A stretch of 20,000 bases of DNA from an uncultured virus (IMG/VR IMGVR_UViG_3300043446_000670) (IMGVR_UViG_3300043446_000670); one strand, 5' to 3'; numbered from the stretch's first letter, positions 1 through 8,247 are shown. Translations and numbers: made by a program. Notes: generated by a model from the sequence alone, not told the origin.

Positions 1-1815
1 CCATCCCGCATGGCTAACGCCCACCGCATCAAAATAGTTGGCAGCAAGTTGACCATTAGGCTTGGTAACAGGGACTAGGTTTCCACTACCGTCTGCTTTA
101 AACAAAATAGCAGCATGAGGGGCTTTTTGATTGGCTCCTGCACCAGTCCTATCAAGCGCATTGGCAACAACGTAAAAATCCTTGGTTGCATCATTGATAG
201 CGTTGTACTTTTCCTCATTAGTCTTAAGACCAGATATATCAACGCCAGCTTGTTCTGCCGCCTTTTTAAAGTCCCCGGTGTAAGAAACTCCTCCACCCAT
301 AGGGGAAGTCGTTTTTTCCAAACCAAAGATTGCAGCCCCACGGGCAACAGAAGATCCGTCAGACTTTACGTTCCAACCAAACGCATTGTAGTTGTCTCGA
401 TATTGATCTTTGTTAAGGGTGTCGCTCTTGTATTTATTAAGCACAGAATCCAGCGCACCCTGATCAAGCAGTGGAAGTCCTGTGCTTTGGTCAATGTTTG
501 TAAAGTAATCAGGATTGGCTTTGGGCAGATTAACCGTAGGAATATTCGCCATTTTCAGAGGATCAATCTCTGAAATCATGGATGTTACTGGCTTAATAAG
601 ATCATCAAGCTTGGTGTTTTTAACGGCAGTCTGTATCTGACCCAGAAGAGTCTGTACTGACTTGGCATCAGCAAACTTGGTAACATCACCAAGACTTCCC
701 TTGATGTCATTGATGTAGTTTCCTACATTGTTTATTGCCTCGTTCCTTTGTTCTAACAAAGGATTAAAACTGTCAACCAAACTTTGATAAGAATCATTTG
801 CTTTGTTATAGGCAGAGTCTGCTTTGTCAAAAGTTGACTGCGCTGTTTTTATTGCGGCATTCTTTTCTGTTTGGATTGTGTTGTAAAGCTTGTCTAAATT
901 GGAATTAGATGTATCGTAAGTTTTTTGGGCAGTATTAAAAGAACTTTCTGCCGCAGTCCTAGCAGCCTGTTCGGCTTTGTTCATTCCGGATTCGGCAGTA
1001 GATCTTGTTCTATTTGCATTTGATATTGATGTTTCCGCAGCTTTTTCTGCATTTGATCTTGCATTATTAACAGCAACATCTGCTTGATCGCGAGTTTTTA
1101 CTGCGGCATTTACCATCTGATCTGCTTTAGAATCAGAGTTTTCTATTGCCTTCTGAAGTTCAGCCCCTCGTTTGTCGGCTTCGTTTCTTGCATTAACCCA
1201 TTTTTGTTCGTTAGCGCGTTCTTGTTCCTTGCTGGAATTACGCACAGCATCCCAAGCACGATCAATAGCTCTTTGGGCTTCCTCGTACTTTTCTCTTTTG
1301 CTTCTTATGTCTGAATCGTTGTTATAACGATCCCTTGAGTTATTTCTGTAATCTTCGGCTTTTTTTAAAGCTTCATTTGCTTGGGTAAGTTTTTTTACAG
1401 AATCTTGATACGCAGAATTGTTCTTTAGAAAATCACCAGAATCTTTAAATTGATAAGCCTGACGCAGCTTTTCTTCAGCCTCTTTAAAAGTTTTAACTGA
1501 GTTTTGATAAGAAGTATTGTTATTAAGATAGCTTTTAGAGTCTAAGGTTTGCCTAGCCTTATCCAAAGCTTCTTGGGCTTTTTGAACAGCAGATGATGCG
1601 CTGGTATATCTAGAGTCACTCTTTATTGATTTATCGATGTTGTCTTGCAAAGATTGAAGCTTAGACAAAGCCTCATCTCTAGCTTTCTGGGCATTCGCCA
1701 GCGTAGTCTTAGAAGAAGACGAGTTCTTTACTGCTAGGTTGTATTTGTTCTGAGCAGTAGTAACGGCAGTGATTGCCTTTTGTACATCTGCCAGTTTGAC
1801 GGCGGTATATGCCAT
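1..1815 (-). CDS. Large coiled-coil virion protein, probable internal/ejection protein (3' end outside window, at least 605 aa)
   Basis: Not in the ORF track. ATG at 1815 (MAYTAVKLADVQKAITAVTTAQNKYNL...), 8 nt after the stop of the upstream gene; hand translation is open to position 1 (...YFDAVGVSHAGW). Ala/Lys/Asn/Gln-rich helical N-terminal region; position after the tail genes is typical of podovirus ejection proteins (inference). Confidence 0.8.
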   Translation of the reverse strand, partial: MAYTAVKLADVQKAITAVTTAQNKYNLAVKNSSSSKTTLANAQKARDEALSKLQSLQDNIDKSIKSDSRYTSASSAVQKAQEALDKARQTLDSKSYLNNNTSYQNSVKTFKEAEEKLRQAYQFKDSGDFLKNNSAYQDSVKKLTQANEALKKAEDYRNNSRDRYNNDSDIRSKREKYEEAQRAIDRAWDAVRNSSKEQERANEQKWVNARNEADKRGAELQKAIENSDSKADQMVNAAVKTRDQADVAVNNARSNAEKAAETSISNANRTRSTAESGMNKAEQAARTAAESSFNTAQKTYDTSNSNLDKLYNTIQTEKNAAIKTAQSTFDKADSAYNKANDSYQSLVDSFNPLLEQRNEAINNVGNYINDIKGSLGDVTKFADAKSVQTLLGQIQTAVKNTKLDDLIKPVTSMISEIDPLKMANIPTVNLPKANPDYFTNIDQSTGLPLLDQGALDSVLNKYKSDTLNKDQYRDNYNAFGWNVKSDGSSVARGAAIFGLEKTTSPMGGGVSYTGDFKKAAEQAGVDISGLKTNEEKYNAINDATKDFYVVANALDRTGAGANQKAPHAAILFKADGSGNLVPVTKPNGQLAANYFDAVGVSHAGW

Positions 1816-1823
1816 GTTTAAAC

Positions 1824-3224
1824 CTATTGCGTTAAATCATAGAAAGAGATCGACCCAAGTCCACTGCCCTTGGTCGCACCGTCTACTGTTCTGACTGCCA
1901 ACGTGTAAATGTCGCTCACACTAGTTAATGACACGCCTAGCTGCAAGTCCCAGTTATATCCCGTTGGCGCACTGGTTTGCGAAACCCCGCCGCTTCCCGT
2001 GCTGGTCACGTAATCTGTTTGCACAATACTTCCTGTGGCAGAAATTGCTGTAGCGGCAATATCGTATTCAACATTGCTGTCTGAAGGAACCGTAGCAGCC
2101 CATGTTGCTCCCGTTAAGGTTGGGTTCTTTAACAGAACCACCTCATAGTTCTGGGAAGTCAGGGGTAGAAACTGAACACGATTTGGCAATACAACCGCAC
2201 CTGTTCTGCCAGAGGCAAGACGAATCGACACAATCGGGTAGAAGGTTGCCGCTGTATCAATGTTGGAAAACGCTGTTGTGCGTCGCGCTACATGGTCAAT
2301 CGATGTCTGCTCAAAACCACCCTCAGAAACCACCGAGCAGCAAATAGACTTCATTGAAGCCGCTATTGCTGAAGAGCTTGTGATCTCATATCTAATAGGC
2401 AAAATCGCCGTGGTCATGTAAACGGATGTGATGTCGTTGGCATTATTGAATGTATGGCAAACGATGTACTCGCCGTTGATAATAAAGCCGCAACGAACAG
2501 ACCCTACGCCCAACCACTCAAAGTCCATCCACAGAATCTGTGCCTTGGAAGGATCTAACGTAAGACCGCTTGCACCTGTGCCGTCTAGCTTGTCGCCATT
2601 CCAATCATCTTGATTGACCGTGCGTATATCGCTAGGGGTTCCCGGATTTGGGGTAGAGCTTGAACGCAAGACAAACGAATACACACCATCCACACGTTGG
2701 AAGAACACCCCGTTCTGAGTGTTGAAGTAGCCCACACGCTGCGTAAGATTTGTACTGGCGTTCCCATCCATTACAAAGGTGGCAAGAATTAATAAGCCTT
2801 TTCCGGGCTGGTAGGGGAAACTCCGATAAGACTGCCTGACAACAGATCCGACACCTACGCCGGTCACCTGCATCTGCACCGCTGCTTCATTAGAAAGGAA
2901 GGAAGTTGTGCCTGTCCCGGTTGTAGCTATATCAAATTGATTGTCAGCCGCGTATCTGTTCTGGCTGTCAAACAGGGTGTATGGCTGACTTACTCGAAGC
3001 CGCCCAAAGGCATCCGTATTGGTGCCCCCGATTGAGATGGGTAGTGTCGATGAGTTAGCCATAAGCTGCGCCAAAAAGTTATCAAGTGTATTAAAGTACA
3101 AACGCAGAATACTGTTTAGCTGGTTGTGATATTCCCGGCTGTATTCATTTGGCGCAAACGGCAATGCAGGAGCCTTGGTGGAATAAAGTTCCACTGATTC
3201 CGTAGTAACAATTTGAGTACTCAT
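1824..3224 (-). CDS. Virion structural/tail-associated protein with DAFGRLRVS domain
   Basis: 466 aa; 4-nt overlap with the nozzle gene; N-terminal PALPFAPNEY...LNSILRLYFNTLDN segment, then DAFGRLRVSQPYTLFDS and a beta-rich domain (DFEWLGVGSVRCGF) recalled from phage structural proteins. Confidence 0.7.
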   Translation of the reverse strand: MSTQIVTTESVELYSTKAPALPFAPNEYSREYHNQLNSILRLYFNTLDNFLAQLMANSSTLPISIGGTNTDAFGRLRVSQPYTLFDSQNRYAADNQFDIATTGTGTTSFLSNEAAVQMQVTGVGVGSVVRQSYRSFPYQPGKGLLILATFVMDGNASTNLTQRVGYFNTQNGVFFQRVDGVYSFVLRSSSTPNPGTPSDIRTVNQDDWNGDKLDGTGASGLTLDPSKAQILWMDFEWLGVGSVRCGFIINGEYIVCHTFNNANDITSVYMTTAILPIRYEITSSSAIAASMKSICCSVVSEGGFEQTSIDHVARRTTAFSNIDTAATFYPIVSIRLASGRTGAVVLPNRVQFLPLTSQNYEVVLLKNPTLTGATWAATVPSDSNVEYDIAATAISATGSIVQTDYVTSTGSGGVSQTSAPTGYNWDLQLGVSLTSVSDIYTLAVRTVDGATKGSGLGSISFYDLTQ

Positions 3225-5536
3225 CTGCGCCCATCAGGTCTAATGTCAAGTCGTGGGGAGCCTAGCTGCCATGCCACACCAATGTTGGTAGACCGAAGCT
3301 CTAGCGTCATCTGCCTGCCTCTGACCCGCGTGTAAATCTGCCCCGTGAACTCTTCTATAGGAATAGTCGCTGTCCTTGTAACCGAATGGCTGGCATAGCC
3401 TCCCACCGATGGCGGGGTGGTATATCCAGAGCCTGAATTCTTCAATGGCTTTAAATACATCGTCGCGGTTGGACTATCGGCGGTCGATCCCACAAAGGTA
3501 ATGTCTGGCAGAACCCTCCAAACAAAGGAGAAGTTGTGCCCGTCATCCAAGTCAAACTGCGCAGAATTAATGTATGCCTCAATAGGCTGCGTTGAGCTTG
3601 TCTCTTTATTATCGTTGCCGATCTCGTGGATTACAGTGTTGTTAATATAGGTGGTTGCCAACGGTCCCTGTTGATATGGGGAGTCAAGCCACGCTGTTCT
3701 TCCAAGGTCGCCGTAGTACCAGATGTCTTCTACGTAGTTGTAAACGACGTACCGGTCAATCACGGTTGATCCTGATGTGCAGTAGAACCACCAGACTTCA
3801 TTGAAGCCTTCATTGGTTCCAGCAAATATCTGGTCTGCCTGATCTAGATTAATGTCGCTGTAAATGAACTTCCTGAGGTCGCATCGCAGGGTCTGTACTC
3901 GACCGTCGTATTTATAGAACTTATCCACACCCATCCAGAAAGCCACGCCGCTGGCTAATGCCGTAGCGTTTTGCCCGATGATGGAGAGGTTGTCGCCAAG
4001 TAATTGGGTGCCCCAGACAATCGGGGGATTAAGGTATTGCAAGGAATATAACGATGTGTCTGTCCAGACCAGAATTTCCTGTCGGCTCTGGAGGGCAGTA
4101 ACAATCTGAGACCCATGAGAAAGCCTGACGCTACCTGCCTGATTGGTCGCAGAGGGAGTCCAGTTTGTGACACTCTCTTGGTCAGACCACCTGATCAACA
4201 TAGGATCAAAGGTTGTTCCAAGATAATCATTTGAGCCAAAGCAGAAGGTGAACCGGCTAATGTCTGAGACCGTCAGATAGTTTTGCTTGAGCGGGACATT
4301 AGACGCGCCGCTCATGTCCTCTACGGCAATCGCTCTGGTAGAGATTCTCTGGGTTCCAGATTGACTTCCGGATGTATTGATAGGCGTTCCACCTGCCGTG
4401 GCGGCTAGGTTACAGGTTACCCCGGAGGCATTGACCACATAATAGACAACCCCCGGTAGAAGCCCCGTAGGAAGACTTCCCGTGGTCGTTAGGGTGATTG
4501 CCATGCCATCGGTTAAAACCGATCCTGTCGTCATCACCGCAGGGCTGGCGATGGTAATAGAAGCCGTTGTGCCAAAGACACCAACGCTGGCATCCCAGTA
4601 ATAGAGCTTGCCGTTCCGTGGTCCAAAAACAAGGTCTTCACCAAAGTTTGTTTGGCTCCAAAGCCTCAATGCTTGGTTAGAAGTAGTCCCAATCCCCCAC
4701 TCTCCAAAGCCCCATTCTCCAGCGCCCCAACCGGTAATAGGCACAGCAATCTCTGAACCAATGTTGATTTGGTAAACAGCCTGAACTGTGCCGCCGCCAT
4801 TGGTCACCGTGGAAGTTGCCTTGGCGGTAACTGTGTGAGATCCAGCCTGAGAGCTGCCGATTGCAGAGATAGCCGTGCCGCCAGAAGTTGCTGCTAGGTT
4901 AAACGTATAGCTTGATGTGTTTACAACGTAGTACGTCGTCCCGGCAACAAACGGAGGCGGGAGAGACCCGGTAGTAGATAAAACGACCGGAGTGTTATTG
5001 GCTAGTTTAAACATAGCAGTGAACACAGCAGGACTACCTGCCGTAATCGCCACATCCGAAGACATTGCTATGGTGTAGTCGTTCCCGCTAATGGAAAGGA
5101 TTTCATGTTCGCCAAGAATGGTCAGGTTTCCTGTTGCGGAACTTCCATAAAAAGTTACGAAGTCGCCAACTTGATACCCGCCATTACCATCGGTAACGGT
5201 GATAGTTGAAGAGCCATTGGTGGTATCAAAGGGATTGGTCAGCGTGACAGATTCCCGAATGGGCGTAATGTCGTAATATTCCCCGCCCTGAGAGATGTAA
5301 AACTTCTTGTTCGTGCCAAGGCTTATTAGATTGGTGCTGTTTAAAGTTGACCAGTTCCACAAAGACCGGCAGACACCGTCAAAAGTGTTCTCAGAAATTC
5401 TTTCCCAGCCACCTATTTTCTCAGGTGTGCCTTGGCGAAACCGGACCTTATCACAGTCATACCAACCATTCTCATTGGTATATCGTGTGTTTTCCCTGTT
5501 TACACCTGCCTTGAAAAGAAGTTTCTTTAATGGCAT
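3221..5536 (-). CDS. Tail nozzle/stabilisation protein (P22 gp10 / tail tubular B-like) with inserted domains
   Basis: 771 aa; N-term GVNRENTRY..ENGWYDCDKVRFR.G.PEKIGGW, middle DPMLIRWSDQE...W.P..TNQAG, C-term RVRGRQ...WQLGSPRLDIRPDGRR, typical of this family; beta-propeller-like composition. Confidence 0.8.
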   Translation of the reverse strand: MPLKKLLFKAGVNRENTRYTNENGWYDCDKVRFRQGTPEKIGGWERISENTFDGVCRSLWNWSTLNSTNLISLGTNKKFYISQGGEYYDITPIRESVTLTNPFDTTNGSSTITVTDGNGGYQVGDFVTFYGSSATGNLTILGEHEILSISGNDYTIAMSSDVAITAGSPAVFTAMFKLANNTPVVLSTTGSLPPPFVAGTTYYVVNTSSYTFNLAATSGGTAISAIGSSQAGSHTVTAKATSTVTNGGGTVQAVYQINIGSEIAVPITGWGAGEWGFGEWGIGTTSNQALRLWSQTNFGEDLVFGPRNGKLYYWDASVGVFGTTASITIASPAVMTTGSVLTDGMAITLTTTGSLPTGLLPGVVYYVVNASGVTCNLAATAGGTPINTSGSQSGTQRISTRAIAVEDMSGASNVPLKQNYLTVSDISRFTFCFGSNDYLGTTFDPMLIRWSDQESVTNWTPSATNQAGSVRLSHGSQIVTALQSRQEILVWTDTSLYSLQYLNPPIVWGTQLLGDNLSIIGQNATALASGVAFWMGVDKFYKYDGRVQTLRCDLRKFIYSDINLDQADQIFAGTNEGFNEVWWFYCTSGSTVIDRYVVYNYVEDIWYYGDLGRTAWLDSPYQQGPLATTYINNTVIHEIGNDNKETSSTQPIEAYINSAQFDLDDGHNFSFVWRVLPDITFVGSTADSPTATMYLKPLKNSGSGYTTPPSVGGYASHSVTRTATIPIEEFTGQIYTRVRGRQMTLELRSTNIGVAWQLGSPRLDIRPDGRR

Positions 5537-5537
5537 T

Positions 5538-5996
5538 TTATTTCACCGATTCGTATTGGGCGTAGCATTGCTTGAGGGCTGCTCTGAGTTCGTCGGCTTC
5601 TCTGGCGACCCTGACAAGAAATTCTCCATCCTCTCTGTAAAGCTCTTTGCCGGTACATCCACCTTGTCTAGCGCCGGAAGTACTGGACAGGGAACCATCA
5701 GTGGGGCGGGCTTGGCGGTCGCGCAAGCCGTTAGCCAAAGCGGTAGCACGAGCATTAAGATTCTTGAGTTCACGGTCTTTTTCCTGCCTGATATTGTTCG
5801 CAGCCTGTTGCCAATTCTGCTCTTTTTCCCTAGCTTTCTCAACCTCTGCGGTGTATAGGGCTAGGGAGTCCGCTCTCTCTTTGTCCCACTGCTGTTGGAC
5901 ATAAGCCTGACCTGATTCATCCCCTTTGTAATAGCCGGTGCCAAACGCCGCAATCACGGCTAATACAACGCCAAGGATGACCCAAGGGTTCATCAT
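5538..5996 (-). CDS. Rz-like inner-membrane spanin (i-spanin)
   Basis: N-terminal TM helix (WVILGVVLAVIAAFGTGYY), coiled-coil periplasmic part, C-terminal ADELRAALKQC motif; downstream of the endolysin; contains a nested lipoprotein gene. Confidence 0.85.
   Translation of the reverse strand: MMNPWVILGVVLAVIAAFGTGYYKGDESGQAYVQQQWDKERADSLALYTAEVEKAREKEQNWQQAANNIRQEKDRELKNLNARATALANGLRDRQARPTDGSLSSTSGARQGGCTGKELYREDGEFLVRVAREADELRAALKQCYAQYESVK
5543..5773 (-). CDS. Rz1-like outer-membrane lipoprotein (o-spanin), embedded in the Rz gene in another frame
   Basis: Probable GTG start at 5773 with AGGA upstream: MNSRILMLVLPLWLTA|C with LTAC lipobox, then a Pro-rich mature part (ATAKPAPLMVPCPVLPALD); fully nested as in lambda Rz/Rz1. 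Confidence 0.85.
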   Translation of the reverse strand: MNSRILMLVLPLWLTACATAKPAPLMVPCPVLPALDKVDVPAKSFTERMENFLSGSPEKPTNSEQPSSNATPNTNR

Positions 5997-6175
5997 TTCT
6001 TAGGGGGCACAGCGGTGCCATCAAGCTTCTTGTGAACCTTAATCTTTTTGCAAACCTCTACCTCTTTGCCTTTCTTTACTTCCTTGGTGCAGACTTCTTT
6101 AATCTCACCGCCAGCCCAGCTTAAGTTTAAAGTCAGGGTCAGAAGAGTTAACAGTGCAATTTTGATAAGCTTCAT
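5993..6175 (-). CDS. Small secreted basic protein with Cys pair
   Basis: 60 aa; signal peptide MKLIKIALLTLLTLTLNLSWA|, mature part KEVC...EVCKKIKVHKKLDG; start/stop overlaps with both neighbours. Confidence 0.75.
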   Translation of the reverse strand: MKLIKIALLTLLTLTLNLSWAGGEIKEVCTKEVKKGKEVEVCKKIKVHKKLDGTAVPPKK

Positions 6176-6615
6176 TATTCGATCTCCGGATGCGGTGGTT
6201 GTACTGGGGCTGGTTTACCTTTGTAGCCTTGTTGAACTGGCGGCGCAGAGTTTACTGGGTCAAGGGTTGGCTCTTGGCGCTTAGATATAGGCATGGGCTT
6301 GTCCTCGCGCTCTTCCTTGGTCGAGAGATTGGGAGGCACAAACTGTGGCAGAGCATCTTTGCCTTTAACTGCCAAGAGAGTTGCTAATGATCCAAGGATG
6401 TACTTGGACATGTCCGAGAGAATCAAGAAGAACTGTTTATCTGCCGGTGCCATGCCGTTCATGGGTTGCGTTACAAAAACGACACTATAAAGGCTGACCC
6501 CCACCATGATGACCACAGTGCAGCAGAAGGTGAAGGCGATACAGAACTTAATTACCGCATCGTGCTGCTCCTGTGACATCGCAAGGAACTGGCTGATTAA
6601 CTTTAGCGGGTTCAT
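6175..6615 (-). CDS. Two-TM membrane protein, holin candidate
   Basis: 146 aa; two hydrophobic segments (FCIAFTFCCTVVIMVGVSLYSVVFV; FFLILSDMSKYILGSLATLLAV), Pro/charge-rich tail; GGAGG upstream of ATG; inside the lysis cassette. Confidence 0.65.
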   Translation of the reverse strand: MNPLKLISQFLAMSQEQHDAVIKFCIAFTFCCTVVIMVGVSLYSVVFVTQPMNGMAPADKQFFLILSDMSKYILGSLATLLAVKGKDALPQFVPPNLSTKEEREDKPMPISKRQEPTLDPVNSAPPVQQGYKGKPAPVQPPHPEIE

Positions 6616-6781
6616 CCTTCATTTCCTCCGGTTTCATAAGCTGGTCTGGGCAGGTTCCTGTCACTGCGCAGTAAGGTCGTTTACATTCTTTCTTTTCCCA
6701 GTTGTCAGGGTCTTGGCAAGGGTATCTAAACCGCTCGCACCCCAACAGACTAAATACCAAGAATACGGCGAATACGCGCAT
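6548..6781 (-). CDS. Cys-rich lipoprotein
   Basis: ATG at 6781 with GGAG upstream; MRVFAVFLVFSLLG|C lipobox, then RFRYPCQDPDNW...CKRPYCAVTGTCP with six more Cys. Confidence 0.8.
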   Translation of the reverse strand: MRVFAVFLVFSLLGCERFRYPCQDPDNWEKKECKRPYCAVTGTCPDQLMKPEEMKDEPAKVNQPVPCDVTGAARCGN

Positions 6782-7391
6782 GTTGAAGCTCCCTGTCGTC
6801 CATACCTTTGGTTCCACCATTGATCTTCTTGGTCAGGGTAAGAAAATCCCCGGAATCGGCGTAGTGGTTTAAATTGTTGCTCTCCCAGAACCAGCAGGCT
6901 GACTGGGCTGCTCCCTCGAAGGTCTGTAAGTATTCTGCCGCTTCTTCAGGAGTGATCTCCAAGCTCATGGCAAACCGAGTCATATTGTCTTTGCCGGTCA
7001 ATTGGATCAGACCTTTTCCGGCAAATTTCCAACCCTCGTTAGACTCCTCTGGACCATTTCCCATACGGTTTGCGTAAACCCTGTTAGCGATGGCGCGGGG
7101 GTTACGCTCATACTTTTGAGCGGTTGCCATGTCTGGGAAATACTTGGGGAACGTCTTGAGAAGCCCTGAGGCTTTGTAGTTCAAGTTCTCAGAGAGGTAT
7201 ACGAACCCGCCCGACTCATGATGGCACTGCGCCATGAAGGCAGCAACACGAACCGGCGTGTTGATGTCGTAGTCGTTTAAAAGGGTTGCTCCGTTTAACT
7301 CTTTTTGAGGGGCAAATAGCGCGTCATGCCATTGTTCAGGATACTTTGTCAGAGGAGCAAATTCCTTGAATTGCTTTAAACTTAACATCAA
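6750..7391 (-). CDS. Endolysin, glycoside hydrolase family 19
   Basis: GH19 motifs AAFMAQCHHESGGF (catalytic Glu), ENLNY, IANRVYANRMGNG, GKGLIQLTGKDN, SACWFW, TKKINGG..G..DR. Confidence 0.93.
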   Translation of the reverse strand: MMLSLKQFKEFAPLTKYPEQWHDALFAPQKELNGATLLNDYDINTPVRVAAFMAQCHHESGGFVYLSENLNYKASGLLKTFPKYFPDMATAQKYERNPRAIANRVYANRMGNGPEESNEGWKFAGKGLIQLTGKDNMTRFAMSLEITPEEAAEYLQTFEGAAQSACWFWESNNLNHYADSGDFLTLTKKINGGTKGMDDRELQHARIRRILGI

Positions 7392-7681
7392 TCCCCCTGC
7401 ATCATCATTAACATTTTTGCACGTAACTCACGCATCTTCTTGATTTCTTCAACTGCCACGGTAGTAGCGTTGTGCATGTCAAGGTATGCCATCCCCAAAA
7501 GCGGTATGGCAAAAACAAAAGTTAGTGCCATTATTCCAAGACAAATCACGATAACCCACGGTACGTCTGACTCGTTCTTATCATTATTAGAACGCCCCAC
7601 ATCCACGCCGTTACGAACAGGATTGCCCCAATCCATGTTGTTAGAGCTTTGATTTGATTTATTGCCCTTCTGCGTCGCCAT
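7388..7681 (-). CDS. Single-TM membrane protein (start uncertain)
   Basis: TM segment VPWVIVICLGIMALTFVFAIPLLGMAYL followed by a short coiled coil; stop overlaps the endolysin start; 5' part overlaps the upstream gene. Confidence 0.65.
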   Translation of the reverse strand: MATQKGNKSNQSSNNMDWGNPVRNGVDVGRSNNDKNESDVPWVIVICLGIMALTFVFAIPLLGMAYLDMHNATTVAVEEIKKMRELRAKMLMMMQGD

Positions 7682-8235
7682 AATATGATTTGTGTTTTTC
7701 TCATTTCTTCAGCGAGGGCTTGGTTTTGCTCCTGAACAATCTGCTGCCACATACGCTCAAAACGAGTCCACACATCCCCCAATTCTGGCGGGGTGTTATA
7801 CACCATCATTTCCCGCACAGTTGCTAACATTGCATCTAACTGCGTTCTGATTCTAATTCTACGTAGCGCTCTGATCGCTACGGATTCATTGCCTTTGTAC
7901 AGCTTCTTGGCGTTCCCTTCTTCTTCTATGAACGCCTGCATTAACTTCTCGTACTCCCCAACAAAGACCGCAAGGTGATCCCATACGTCGTTTAAAGCAT
8001 CGTTTGGGTGAGAGTTTGCTACCTTCTGGACTCTCTTTACCTCTTCGTTGTATTGCCTCGTTTGCTCTGGGCTTGGAGAGGTAATCTTGTGGTATTGCTC
8101 TTTTAAATCTTTAAGAACATCTCCTACCTCCCCTGCCGTTGACTTAACTTCTTTGTAAAAAGCTATTCCTCTCTTGGCAAGGTCTATCGCAGTTGTTGCT
8201 GCCTTGAAACACGCTGCAATGGTGATCGGGTCCAC
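7546..8235 (-). CDS. Helical protein with C-terminal TM anchor, unknown function
   Basis: 229 aa; GGGGA upstream of the start; amphipathic N-term MDPITIAACFKAATTAIDLAK, coiled coil, RRRR then a TM helix (ALTTWIGAILFVTAWMWGVLIMI). Confidence 0.75.
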   Translation of the reverse strand: MDPITIAACFKAATTAIDLAKRGIAFYKEVKSTAGEVGDVLKDLKEQYHKITSPSPEQTRQYNEEVKRVQKVANSHPNDALNDVWDHLAVFVGEYEKLMQAFIEEEGNAKKLYKGNESVAIRALRRIRIRTQLDAMLATVREMMVYNTPPELGDVWTRFERMWQQIVQEQNQALAEEMRKTQIILWRRRRAINQIKALTTWIGAILFVTAWMWGVLIMIRTSQTYRGLS

Positions 8236-8247
8236 ATTGGCTTCCCC

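Noticed and set aside
5774..5842. Longer 99-aa start for Rz1
   Set aside because: It would give an over-long signal peptide; GTG 5773 has an RBS and a normal lipoprotein leader.
6782..6820. Longer 90-aa start for the Cys-rich lipoprotein
   Set aside because: ATG 6781 has a GGAG RBS and gives a canonical 14-aa leader before the Cys.
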